From: Mobula hypostoma
Taxonomy: Eukaryota
DNA length: 64,000 bases
Direction of reading: 5' to 3'
Assembly (NCBI RefSeq): GCF_963921235.1
Contig: NC_086109.1
Span: 32,862,001-32,926,000, forward strand
The notes under the pieces were generated by a model. That model worked only from the letters and a program-made list of their open reading frames with translations. It ran no database searches and had not been told where the DNA came from. Within the stretch, counting starts at the first letter, position 1. Every line of letters starts with the position of its first letter. A program made the translations under genes and the position numbers. This document shows positions 50,876 to 62,669 of the stretch, piece by piece.

Positions 50876-52661
50876 TACATTTTCCTGGGCTCCCACTAAT
50901 CTCTGGATTAGTGTCTGGAGTTACATGACGTAACAGCGGCGATGCAGCAGTTTTAAAATGAACCTGAGAGGACTACTTACCTGTTGGAAGCGCAGTACGT
51001 TTCACATTGCAGCCAAAAACTTCTATTTTAACTTCATCAGTCCACAGGACTTGCTTCCAAAAAGCATTAGGCTTGTTTAGATGTTCCTTTGAACCTTTTG
51101 AATAGAACTTTTTGACCGCAATGAACAAAGATATGCTTGGAGAAAAAAAGGTGCAGAATTTCATGAAAAGAACCCCTCTCCAACTGTTAAACATGGGGGT
51201 GGATGGATCATGCTTTGGGTTTGTGTTGCAGCCAGTGGCACTGGGAACATTTACTGGTAGAGGGAAGAATGAATTCAATTAAATACCAGCAAATTCTGGA
51301 AGCAAACATCAAACTGTCTGTGTATATATAAAAAAAATTGATGGTGAATAGGGGATGGCTTCTACAATAGGATAATGATCCTAAACACACCTCAGAATCC
51401 ACAATGGACTACCTCTAGTGGTGCAAGCTGAAGGTTTTGTCATGTCCCTCACAGTCCCCTGACCTAAACATCATTGAGAATCTGTGGATAGACCTCAAAA
51501 GAGCAGTGCATTCAAGACGGCCCAAGAATCTCACAGAACTAGAAGCCTTTTGCAAGGAAGAATGGGCGAAAATCCCCCAAACAAGAATTGAAAGACTCTT
51601 AGCTGGCTACAAAAAGCATTTACAAGCCGTGAAACTTGCCAAAGGGGGTGTTACTAAGTACTGTCATGCAGGGTGCCCAAACTTTTGCTTTGGGCCCTTT
51701 TCCTTTTTTGTTAGTTTGAAACTGTAAAAGATGGAAATAAAGTTTTCTTGTCCTCTGGTTGGCAGAACTGGTTCTCACACTCAATAACTTCTCTTTTGGC
51801 TCTTACCACTTTCTTGAGACTAAGGGTGTAGCTATGGGAACTTGCATGGGAACTAGCTATGCCTGCCTCTTCGTTGGTTATCTGGAACAGTCTGTGCTCC
51901 AAACCTATTCTGGTACTGCTCCTCAACTTTTCCTTTGGTACATTGACGACTACATTGGTGCTGCTTCCTGCACCCATGCTGAGCCTGTCAATTTTATCGA
52001 CTTTACTTCTAACTTCCTCCCAGCCCTCAAATTCACTTGGTCTATCTCTGACACTTCTCTCCCCTTTCTCGATCTCTCATTCTCCATCTCTGGAGACAGA
52101 CTGTCCACTGACATCTTCTACAAGCCCACTGACTCTCATAACTACCTCAACTTTGCTGAACATCTACGCTCTGTCCGCCAGAGAAAGCAGGATCTCCCAG
52201 TGGCCACACATTTTAATTCCACATCCCATTCCCATTCTGACGTGTCTATCCACGGCCTCATCTACTGTAAAGATGAAGCCACACTCAGGTTGGAGGAACA
52301 GCACCTTATATTCCGTCTGGGTAGCCTCCAACCTGATGGCATGAACATCAACTTCTCTAACTTCCACTAGGCCCCACCTCCCCCTCGTACCCCATCTGTT
52401 ACTCATTTTTATGCACACATTCTTTCTCTCACTCTCCTTTTTCTCCCTCTGTCCCTCTGAATATACCTCTTGCCCATTCTCTGGGTCACCCCCCCCCCGT
52501 CTTTCTTCCCGGACCTCCTGTCCCATGATCCTCTCGTATCCCCTTTTGCCTATCACCTGTCCAGCTCTCGGCTCTATCCCTCCCCCTCCTGTCTTCTCCT
52601 ATCATTTTGCATCTCCCCCTCCCCCTCCAGCTTTCAAATCCCTTACTCACTCTTCCTTCAG

Positions 52662-52700
52662 TTAGTCCTGACGAAGGGTCTCGGCCTGAAACGTCGACTG
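52662..52700 (+). ncRNA. Minimal type-I hammerhead ribozyme motif
   Basis: AGUC-CUGACGA-aGGGucucggCCU-GAAA-C-GUC^GACU. Confidence 0.75.
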
Positions 52701-53385
52701 TACCTCTTCCTATAGATGCTGCTTGGCCTGCTGCGTTCACCAGCAACTTTGATGTGTGTTGCTTGAATTTCCAGCATCTGCAGAATTCCTGTTGTTTGCA
52801 TTTAACTTCACTTGTGAGTCTGTTGGGGTCATCTATTGCATCCGGTGCTCCCAGTGCGGCCTCCTCTACATCGGTAAAACCCGACGCAGATTGGGGTACT
52901 GCTTCGTCGAGCACTTCCGCTCCGTCCACCCCAACAGATAGGATCTCCCGGTAGCCACCCACTTCAACTCTGCTTCCCACTCCCATTCAGATATGTCCAT
53001 ACAAGGCCTCCTCTACTGCCATGATGAGGCTAAACTCAGGTTAGAGGAGCAACACCTCATATACCGTCTAGGTAGTCTCCAGCCCCTTGGTATGAACATA
53101 GAATTTTCCAACTTCCGGTAATTCCCTCCCCCTCCCTTCCTCTATCCCTATGTCACTCTGCTCCCGCCCCCAGCTGCCTACCACCTGCCTCATGGTTCCA
53201 CCTCTTTCTACTACCCATTGTGTTTTCCCCTATTCCTCCTTCACCTTTCCTGCCTTTCACCTCCATGCCTCCCCTCCCCCACCCCTTTATCTTTCCCCTT
53301 ACTGGTTTTTCTCCTGGAACCTACCAGCCTTCTCCTTCCCACCCTCCCCCCACCTTCTTTATAGGGCCTCTGCCCCTTTCCCTCT

Positions 53386-53425
53386 TCAGTCCTGACAAAG
53401 GGTTCCGACCCGAAACGTTGACTGA
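53386..53425 (+). ncRNA. Hammerhead motif with a core mutation (CUGACAA)
   Basis: UCAGUC-CUGACAA-aGGGU(uccg)ACCC-GAAA-C-GUU^GACUGA; 6-bp stem I, G8 changed to A. Confidence 0.6.
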
Positions 53426-55475
53426 TCATTTCCACGGATGCTGCCCGACCTGCGAAGTGTTGCTTTGACCCCAGCTTCTGCAGATTATTTTGTGTTAAAG
53501 AAATGTGTCATCTTTAACTTTATGCCTTTTGGAAATCAGTTCATCTTTTACTCACTTAGCATCTTTTACTTGCTTAGCTATTCACAGTAACAGAAATTTT
53601 GACCAGGGGTCCCCAAACTTTTGCATGCCACTGTACATATATATATATATATATATATAACTAGAGAGCAATATGTTACATATTTGAATTCAGATGCATT
53701 CTATATTGAGTTGTTTATAGCTAAACAGGGAGGAGTGTTTTGTATTTAATATTTCAGCAGTATTTGAATAATATTGTATATATATTGTTTGATAGAGCAT
53801 TCTTTGTTTACTTACATAATTCATTATGAGTTATATGTAAAAGTATGCCATTACGTCATACGTGAGCGACTTATTAAAGTGAAATGAATTACACACACTT
53901 TTCCAGGCTCCCTTTTTTTCTTTCAATTAGTTTCCAGAGTTACAAAACATAATACATTGGTCACCATATTAAACCCTGAAATTCATTTCCTTGCAGGTAA
54001 TGTGCCCACTTTCGGTTTCAGATAGCACCACTGAAGATGGACGACGGCTTACTGGTGGTTCATAAATCAAGAAATACAACTAAATACTATTAATAACACT
54101 TTTTCTGTGGACAATTGTGGTAAATGAACACCGCAAACAATGAAGAGGCGAGTGAAGGCGAGGCTGACCAGAAGGTCAAGGCATGTGAGTGTGATGCAAA
54201 GTCGGAGCAAGGTCGAGGCGTGGTTAAGATGGAGTCGAGGCGTGCAAAGTGGAGAAAAGTCAGAGCGAAGGAGTTTTGGACCCTGTCCATCTAAACCGAG
54301 AACAACGTTGGATCGATCTAAACGCCAGGCCAGTTTGGAAAGGTCAGGCACAGGCCGAAACATGGTGGTGTGGACAAGGCCCAGAGCATGTCAATGTGAC
54401 ATGGCCTGAGTCTTAGAGCGAGGGACAATCTGATATTTGGATCATTTAAACTCCAGGCCAGATGGATTGAAAAGGCAGGGTGTCAGAACTGGAGATGAGG
54501 GTCAGGCGGATTTTGCTCGCTGCTCCACGACGCGTACTCCTCTCTCCAAGGCACTGTGGCTGTGGGCCTACTGTAGCTGCTCTTGGCTTCGTGTCCGCGA
54601 GCTTGACAGTACTTTGCTCCGCTCTGTGATGAGCTGAGGCTGAGGCTGGGGGCGCTCTCCAGCTGTTCCAGGCTTTGTGTCTATGGACTCACTTTTGTTC
54701 CGAATGCAGTTGCTCGCTTTTGTTGTTTGCACAATTTGTGTTTTTTTTTTCTCTCTGTGCATTGGGTGTTTGTTGGTCTTTTTTTAAAAATGGGTTCTTG
54801 CTTTGTGTCTGCCTGTAAGCAGATGAATCTCAAGATTGTATAATTTATACATACTTTGATAATAAATGTACTTTGAACTTTGATAGACTGCACCCAACAA
54901 GATGGACAGCCACCCACCAATGCACAAGAGACAACAAACTGTGCAATTACCGGAAGAACTGTGTGCTTTGACAGTGAAAAGTGCCATGTAAGTGTTGCTC
55001 AGTATTCTGACCAATATTTATCTTCCAGTGTTACAAAAATATATCTTTTCTGTTCACTAACCCATTTGCTGCATTGCCTGCCTGACAGCAAATGTTGCTC
55101 TTTAAAAATACTTAATTGACTGGAAATATTTTAAGACGTCATGATGGTGTAAAATGCAAGTGAAAAGCAAACCACTGGAGAAGCTGCTGCAGGGTCTCAA
55201 CAGTTCCTTTCCCCCGACAGGTTGTTGCTCAATGCCCAGAGCACTGTCAGTGTTCAACAATCACTTTGACCCCCTACCATCAGGCAAGGGGTACTGTAGC
55301 GTTAAGACAAGAACTGTTAGGATAGTAAATAGCCTCTTCCCTCCAGGCCACAGCTTCCTACTCAGGCCTCATCACAAATGAAGTGCCCATGGCATGATAC
55401 TGTACTTTTTAACTTGCCTTGTGTAGGAATCTTTTTATTTGTTCATTTAATTGTAGTAATATTACTTCATGTGTT

Positions 55476-58400
55476 ATAGAAACATAGAAACATAGAAAAT
55501 AGGTGCAGGAGTAGGCCATTCGGCCCTTCGAGCCTGCACCGCCATTTATTATGATCATGGCTGATCATCCAACTCAGAACCCAGCCTTCCCTCCATACCC
55601 CCTGACCCCTGTAGCCACAAGGGCCATATCTAACTTCCTTTTAAACATAGCTAATGAACTGGCCTCAACAGTTTGCTGTGGCAGAGAATTCCACAGATTC
55701 ACCACTCTCTGTGTGAAGAAGTTTTTCCTAACCTCGGTCCTAAAAGGCTTCCCCTCTATCCTCAAACTGTGACCCCTCGTTCTAGACCTCCCCAACATCG
55801 GGAACAATCTTCCTGCATCTAGCCTGTCCAATCCCTTTAGGATCTTATACGTTTCAATCAGATCCCCCCTCAATCTTCTAAATTCCAACGAGTACAAGCC
55901 CAGTTCATCCAGTCTTTCTTCATATGAAAGACCTGCCATCCCAGGAATCAATCTGGTGAACCTTCTTTGTACTCCCTCTATGGCAAAGATGTCTTTCCTC
56001 AGATTAGGGGACCAAAACTGCACACAATACTCCAGGTGTGGTCTCACCAAGGCCTTGTACAACTGCAGTAGTACCTCCCTGCTCCTGTACTCGAATCCTC
56101 TCGCTATAAATGCCAGCATACCGTTCGCCTTTTTCACCGCCTGCTGTACCTGCATGCCCACTTTCAATGACTGGTGTATAATGACACCCAGGTCTCGTTG
56201 CACCTCCCCTTTTCCTAATCGGCCACCATTCAGATAATAATCTGTTTTCCTATTTTTGCCACCAAAGTGGATAACTTCACATTTATCCACATTAAATTGC
56301 ATCTGCCATGAGTTTGCCCACTCACCCAACCTATCCAAGTCACCCTGCATCCTCTTAGCATCCTCCTCACTGCTAACACTGCCACCCAGCTTCGTGTCAT
56401 CCGCAAACTTGGAGATGCTGCATTTAATTCCCTCATCCAAGTCATTAATATATATTGTAAACAACTGGGGTCCCAGCACTGAGCCTTGCGGTACCCCACT
56501 AGTCACCGCCTGCCATTCTGAAAAGGTCCCGTTTATTCCCACTCTTTGCTTCCTGTCTGCTAACCAATTCTCCACCCACACCAATACCTTACCCCCAATA
56601 CCGTGTGCTTTAAGTTTGCACACTAATCTCCTATGTGGGACCTTGTCAAAAGCCTTTTGAAAATCCAAATATACCACATCCACTGGTTCTCCCCTATCCA
56701 CTCTACTAGTTACATCCTCAAAAAATTCTATGAGATTCGTCAGACATGATTTTCCTTTCACAAATCCATGCTGACTTTGTCCGATCATTTCACCGCTTTC
56801 CAAATGTGCTGTTATCACATCCTTGATAACTGACTCCAGCAGTTTCCCCACCACCGACGTTAGGCTAACCGGCCTATAATTCCCCGGTTTCTCTCTCCCT
56901 CCTTTTTTAAAAAGTGGGGTTACATTAGCCACCCTCCAATCCTCAGGAACTAGTCCAGAATCTAACGAGTTTTGAAAAATTATCACTAATGCATCCACTA
57001 TTTCTTGGGCCACTTCCTTAAGCACTCTGGGATGCAGACCATCTGGCCCTGGGGATTTATCTGCCTTCAATCCCTTCAATTTACCTAACACCACTTCCCT
57101 ACTAACATGTATTTCGCTCAGTTCCTCCATCTCACTGGACCCTCTGTCCCTTACTATTTCTGGAAGATTATTTATGTCCTCCTTAGTGAAGACAGAACCA
57201 AAGTAATTATTCAATTGGTCTGCCATGTCCTTGCTCCCCATAATCAATTCACCTGTTTCTGTTTGCAGGGGACCTACATTTGTCTTTATCAGTCTTTTCC
57301 TTTTTACATATCTATAAAAGCTTTTACAGTCCGTTTTTATGTTCTCTGCCAGTTTTCTCTCATAATCTTTTTTCCCCTTCCTAATTAAGCCCTTTGTCCT
57401 CCTCTGCTGAACTCTGAATTTCTCCCAGTCCTCAGGTGAGCCACTTTCTCTGGCTAATTTGTATGCTACTTCTTTGGAATTGATACTATCCCTAATTTCT
57501 CTTGTCAGCCACGGGTGCACTACCTTCCTTGATTTATTCTTTTGCCAAACTGGGATGAACAATTGTTGTAGTTCATCCATGCAACCTTTAAATGCCTGCC
57601 ATTGCATATCCACCGTCAATCCTTGAAGTGTCATTTGCCAGTCTATCTTAGCTAATTCATGTCTCATACCTTCAAAGTTACCCCTCTTTAAGTTCAGAAC
57701 CTTTGTTTCTGAATTAACTACGTCACTCTCCATGTTAATGAAGAATTCCACCATATTATGGTCACTCTTACCCAAGGGGCCTCTCACGACAAGATCGCTA
57801 ATTAACCCTTCCTCATTGCTCAAAACCCAGTCCAGAATAGCCTGCTCTCTAGTCGGTTCCTCGACATGTTGGTTCAAAAAACCATCCCGCATGCATTCCA
57901 AGAAATCCTCTTCCTCAGCACCTTTACCAATTTGGTTCACCCAGTCTACATGTAGATTGAAGTCACCCATTATAACTGCTGTTCCTTTATTGCACACATT
58001 TCTAATTTCCTGTTTAATACCATCTCCGACCTCACTACTACTGTTAGGTGGCCTGTACACAACTCCCACCAGCGTCTTCTGCCCCTTAGTGTTACGCAGC
58101 TCTACCCATATCGATTCCACATCTTCCCGGCTTATGTCCTTCCTTTCTATTGCGTTAATCTCTTTTTTAACCAGCAACGCCACCCCACCTCCCCTTCCTT
58201 CGTGTCTATCCCTCCTGAATATTGAATATCCCTGAACGTTGAGCTCCCATCCCTGGTCACCCTGGAGCCATGTCTCTGTGATCCCAACTATATCATAATC
58301 ATTAATAACAATCTGCACTTTCAATTCATCCACCTTATTACGAATGCTCCTTGCATTGACACATAAAGCCTTCAGGCACTCTTTTACAACTCTCTTAGCC

Positions 58401-58730
58401 CTTTTTAATGCTTGCCCTGGATTTGTCGGCCTGCCACTTTTACTTTTCCCCTTTGTACTTTTTGCTTCTACGCTCACTTTACACCCCTCTGTCTCTCTGC
58501 ACTGGTTCCCATCCCTCTGTTGTGAACTAACCTCCTCACACCTAGCCGCTTTAATTTGATTCCCACCCCCCAACCATTCTAGTTTAAAGTCACCTCAGTA
58601 GCCCCCGCTAATCTCCCTGCCAGGATATTGGTCCCCCGAGGATTTAAGTGTAACCCGTCCTTTTTGTACAGGTCACACCTGCGCCAAAAGAGGTCCCAAT
58701 GATCCAAAAACTTGAATCCCTGCCCCCTGC
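55476..58730 (-). mobile_element. Very young CR1 (copy B), 5'-truncated within ORF1 and inserted into an older repeat
   Basis: ORF1 esterase C-terminal remnant, intact ORF2, (TTTCTATG)n tail; host repeat continues across the insertion (gtgttat|...|gaatgtgagtt). Confidence 0.95.
55574..58573 (-). CDS. CR1 ORF2: intact APE endonuclease plus reverse transcriptase (999 codons; true start uncertain)
   Basis: VNARSI, GITETW, VYRPP, MGDFN, SDH (APE); DFQKAFDKVPH, GVPQGSVLGP, FADDTKL (RT); no stops. Confidence 0.93.
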   Translation of the reverse strand: MGGGNQIKAARCEEVSSQQRDGNQCRETEGCKVSVEAKSTKGKSKSGRPTNPGQALKRAKRVVKECLKALCVNARSIRNKVDELKVQIVINDYDIVGITETWLQGDQGWELNVQGYSIFRRDRHEGRGGGVALLVKKEINAIERKDISREDVESIWVELRNTKGQKTLVGVVYRPPNSSSEVGDGIKQEIRNVCNKGTAVIMGDFNLHVDWVNQIGKGAEEEDFLECMRDGFLNQHVEEPTREQAILDWVLSNEEGLISDLVVRGPLGKSDHNMVEFFINMESDVVNSETKVLNLKRGNFEGMRHELAKIDWQMTLQGLTVDMQWQAFKGCMDELQQLFIPVWQKNKSRKVVHPWLTREIRDSINSKEVAYKLARESGSPEDWEKFRVQQRRTKGLIRKGKKDYERKLAENIKTDCKSFYRYVKRKRLIKTNVGPLQTETGELIMGSKDMADQLNNYFGSVFTKEDINNLPEIVRDRGSSEMEELSEIHVSREVVLGKLKGLKADKSPGPDGLHPRVLKEVAQEIVDALVIIFQNSLDSGLVPEDWRVANVTPLFKKGGREKPGNYRPVSLTSVVGKLLESVIKDVITAHLESGEMIGQSQHGFVKGKSCLTNLIEFFEDVTSRVDRGEPVDVVYLDFQKAFDKVPHRRLVCKLKAHGIGGKVLVWVENWLADRKQRVGINGTFSEWQAVTSGVPQGSVLGPQLFTIYINDLDEGIKCSISKFADDTKLGGSVSSEEDAKRMQGDLDRLGEWANSWQMQFNVDKCEVIHFGGKNRKTDYYLNGGRLGKGEVQRDLGVIIHQSLKVGMQVQQAVKKANGMLAFIARGFEYRSREVLLQLYKALVRPHLEYCVQFWSPNLRKDIFAIEGVQRRFTRLIPGMAGLSYEERLDELGLYSLEFRRLRGDLIETYKILKGLDRLDAGRLFPMLGRSRTRGHSLRIEGKPFRTEVRKNFFTQRVVNLWNSLPQQTVEASSLAMFKRKLDMALVATGVRGYGGKAGF

Positions 58731-59254
58731 CCTATGAATGTGAGTTCTATGTACTGTGTTTTGCATTTGGTCTGGAGGAAGGTTGTCTCATTTGATGGTA
58801 TACGTGGCAATAAACTCAAACTTGAACATGAAGTTGACTTCCTCAAGCAGTTTATTTTTGCTCCAGATTCCAACTACTGCAGTCTTTTTTTGAACCAGTA
58901 ACATGCGCGTAAATTTGCACACAGCTCTTTTACGTTGCTTGTTCCAACCAATAATCACTCACACAACGTTCAATACTGGCACAAACACCTCGGAAAATGA
59001 AAAGCCCATAACCCTTGAGCAAAAATGAGGCGATGTTCAGGCATGGGCGAGAATCACATGGCACAGACCCATACTGATCAGAAACTTACCTATACTATTC
59101 CCATTTATCAGCATCAGGTCTATATCCTTTCATACACTTGCAATTCAAGTGCTTATTTAAGTGTTGTTGAATCACCTGTCTCCATTATTCACTCAGGTAA
59201 CACATTCTAGATTCCTACCATACTATGGATTAAAATCTCTTCTGAATGGGAAGA

Positions 59255-60100
59255 CGATCAGAGCTTGCAACAGGATCTCCACCAGCTGGAGAAGTGGCAG
59301 ATGGAATTTAATGCAGACGAGTGCGAGATGTTGCACTTCAGTAGGACCAGCCAGGGTAGGTCTTACATAGTGAAGAGTAAAGAGTGCTGTAGAACAAAGG
59401 CATCTGGGAGTACAGGTCCATAATTCATTGGAAGTGACATCACAGGTAGATAGGATCATAAAGAAAGCTTTCGGCACATGAGCCTTTATAAATGAAAGTA
59501 CTGAGTACAGGAGATGGGATGTTATGTTGAAGTTGTATAAAATGACGGTGAGGCCTAATTTGGAGTATAGTGTGCAGTTTTGGTCACCTACCTACAGGAA
59601 AGATATAAATAAGGTTGAGAGAGTACAGAGAAAATTTACAAGGATGTTGCCAGGACTGGAGGACATGGGTTATAAGGAAATATTGAATAGGCTAGGACTT
59701 TATTTCTGGGAACGTAGAAGATTGAGGGGATATTTGATAGAGGTATAGAAAATTATGAGAGTTATTGATAGGGTAAGTGCAAGCAGGCTTTTTCCACGGA
59801 GGTTGGGTGGAACTACAGCCAGAGGTCATGGGTTAAGTGTGAAAGGTGATAAGTCTGAGGGGAACATGAGAGGAAACTTCTTCACTCAGAGGCTGGTGCG
59901 AATGTGGAATGAGTTGCCAGCGCAAGTGGTGCATGCAAGCTTGATTCCAACGTTTAGGAGATGTTTGGACAGGTACAGAATGGCAGGGGTATAGAGGGCT
60001 CTGGTCCTGGTGTTGGTCGATTGTATTAGGCAGTTTAGCTGGTTTCAGCATGGGCTAGATTGGTCGATGGGTTTGTTTCTGTGCTGTACTTTTCTATGAC
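59255..60100 (+). mobile_element. Old CR1 3' fragment
   Basis: LYKMTVRPNLEYSVQFWSP...RGNFFTQRLVRMWNELP, tail ttctatgactctat. Confidence 0.85.
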
Positions 60101-60784
60101 TCTATCTCTTCTATACTTTTTCAGCCCTTACCCTAAATATATGTCCCCTAGTTTTAGACACCCCTGCTACATGGAAAAGTGTACAACTACCTGCCAAATC
60201 CACGTTGCCCACAATTCTGATTTCCTCTGTCAGGGCCCTACTCAGCTTCCTCCACTCCATGGAAAACAAGCCTAGCCTGTCCAGTGCCCTCAAAACTAAA
60301 ATGCTCCACCCTGGGCAACTAAAAAAAAATGCAGATGCTGTAAATCCAAAGCAAAATAAAAACTTGAAATAAAACTGCTGGGAGCACAAAGCGGGTGAAG
60401 CACCATCAACAGGAAGAGAAGTCAGTGGCTCAAGACAAGAATCCTTCACCAGAAGCGGAAAGGGGAGACGACAAACGGTTTTTAAGTTACAGAGAGGGGA
60501 GGGGAAGAGAACGCAGGGATAGAATGATGAAGCAACACAACATTCTAAAATAATGGCAGCTAAAAATAAAACAGAGGCAAACTGAGAATGATAGCAAACT
60601 GAAACAAAGGTACAGTCACAACTGTGGAAACAAAAGAATTAACCTGAAGTTGCTGGAACTCAATATTATGTCCCAAGGGTTGTAATATGCATAGTAATAA
60701 AATGAAGTGCTATTCTTTGATCCTGCACTGACATCATTGGAGCAAATTAGGAGGAGAAATGCAGCAATAGGAATTTAGAATTTA

Positions 60785-61180
60785 TTTAAATCTTATATCC
60801 CATCGCCCAACATGAGGGAGTAGAAATTTTTGCATTATGATTCCATTGCAATGTACAGACATTGAATTTAAAAGCCTAACGGCTTGTAAAAAGAAGCTGT
60901 CCCATAGCCTGTTGGTCCTGGCTTTAATGCTGTGGAACCATTTGCCAGACGGAAGCAGCTGAACCAGTTTATGGTTGGGGTGAATGGTGTCCCCAATGAT
61001 CTTCCAGGCCTTCTTTCTGCACCTGCTGCTGTAAATGTCCTCAATGGAGGAAAGTTCACATTCACAGATGTGCTGGGCTGTCCGTACCACTCTCTGCAGT
61101 GCCCAGCGATCAAGGTTGGTTCAGTTCCTGTACCAGGTGGTGATACAGCCAGTGAGGATGTCCTCAAAGGGGTCCCTGTA
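60785..61180 (-). mobile_element. Rex1-like LINE 3' fragment
   Basis: Minus-strand HPNHKLVQLLPSGK...ARTNRLWDSFFLQAVRLLN. Confidence 0.75.
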
Positions 61181-62669
61181 GGATTTGACACTGGAATCTC
61201 AGACACACTTGCAAAGTTGTTAATCAATCTGCATTTGATTTTTCATGTAATCTGTCATGCCTTGTGTCTGACAGCTGCCAATAAAGTGACAGAACTTTAA
61301 AAGTCCAGAATCAGTGCAATCAGGATGGGAGAAAGTAAAACTAGAAATAAGAGTTGTGTTTAATGATTCACATGAATTAAGAGCATATGGCAAGTTCAGT
61401 GTAATACTTCAAACTTCCTCAAGAGGGCATCATTTCATAAGATTGGTTCCTTATGAATCTCATTGAATGTAATGTTTCAAACAAAATTCACAGTTTTTAC
61501 ACACCAAAATATTGAAACAACACACAAAATGCTGGAGGAACTCAATGGGTTAGGCAGCATCTATAGAGGGGAATGTTTTGGGTCAAGACACTTCATCACG
61601 ACCGAAAGAAAGAACGGAGATAGCCGGTTTAAAAGGTGGGAGTCTCTCTTCTGTCTCTAAAATGTTTTTTTCCTTAGCTAAGTAAATATGCAGTAGGCAC
61701 ACATTCCATCTTTCGCAGCATATCTTATCCCATCTACCTTTCAAGCTATCTTGGTTTTAAGACCATAAGATATAGCAGCAGAAGTAGGCCATTCGGCCCA
61801 TCGTGTCTGCTCCCCCATTCAATCATAGGCTGATCCAATTCTTCCGGTCACCCCCATTCCCCTGCCTTCTCCTTATACCCTTTGATGCCCTGGATTTATA
61901 ACATACTTGTCAGGGTGACCTAGGATAAGAATATTTAAAAGGGTTGTCATGTGCTAAATACTTGCATTGCTATATGGTCTTTACCATAATTTCATATAAA
62001 CATACAAAAATAAGAGCAAAATGGTCATTACTGGAACAATCTCCGGAAACGACTACCACAATGGCAAGTAAGACTAAAGCATAGGGACAGCAGAGAAAGC
62101 CATCATTGGTGATTCCTATCTAACCGAACTGCAGAGGTTCACAAAGTCAGTGCACCACCTTCTGAAGATCAACAACAGATGGCGTAAATGGATGGATGTC
62201 TCCTATTGCCAAGTCTATTTTTAATCCAATCTTCTTTGAATTATTAAACTAGACTTGTGCAATAACATAACTAAGACATACTTATGCACTAGCCAGCAAC
62301 ATGTTTGTACAGCACTCAGGTCCTTGAAGCTGTACATAAAGAAACTAAGTAATGTCAACCAGACAGCCTGGTAGCATTCCTCTTTAATTCTTAACATAAA
62401 ACTGTTACAACTTACTTTTGCCATGGTATTAAATGTTCTGCTTCCCATTGCCTCCCCTACAAAGCATAGAGGAAATTTTACTGTATAGTAAAATAGTAAC
62501 TGAAGTACTAAAGGCCTGGAAGACGTAATGTGGAGAAAAGTACAAGGACCACCTGAAGTCCTGATGAAGGGTCGTGGCACAAAACATTAACCGTTTACTC
62601 CCCTCCATAGATACTGGTAGACCTGTTGAGCTCTAGCAATAAATATTAGCCTGGGCAGTGATATTCACC

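Larger units (their letters stand above)
51750..53495 (+). mobile_element. Penelope-like retroelement sequence: internally deleted RT/GIY-YIG unit followed by a second GIY-YIG unit in tandem
   Basis: RT (NNFSFG...GVAMGT...YIDD...LPFLD), GIY-YIG (VIYCIRCSQCGLLYIGKTRRRLG...EH, PVATHFNS...LEEQHLIFRLGSLQPDGMN); each unit ends in a UTR, hammerhead and tail. Confidence 0.9.
51005..53633 (+). mobile_element. Tc1 transposon remnant (3' part, rearranged 5' part) interrupted by Penelope sequence
   Basis: PSQSPDLNIIENLWIDLKRAV...AFCKEEWAKIP...AKGGVTKY (51437-51727); right TIR ggtccccaaacttttgcatgccactg|TA. Confidence 0.85.

Noticed and set aside
53637..53658. (TA)n tract, also about 8609-8622, and (TG)n at about 17915-17959
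   Set aside because: Ordinary microsatellites; the first adjoins the Tc1 TA target site.
26203..57486. CR1-mediated inversion as the cause of the TIMM17A orientation
   Set aside because: Copy A has matching TSDs on both sides and copy B interrupts a collinear older repeat, so flanks have not been exchanged.
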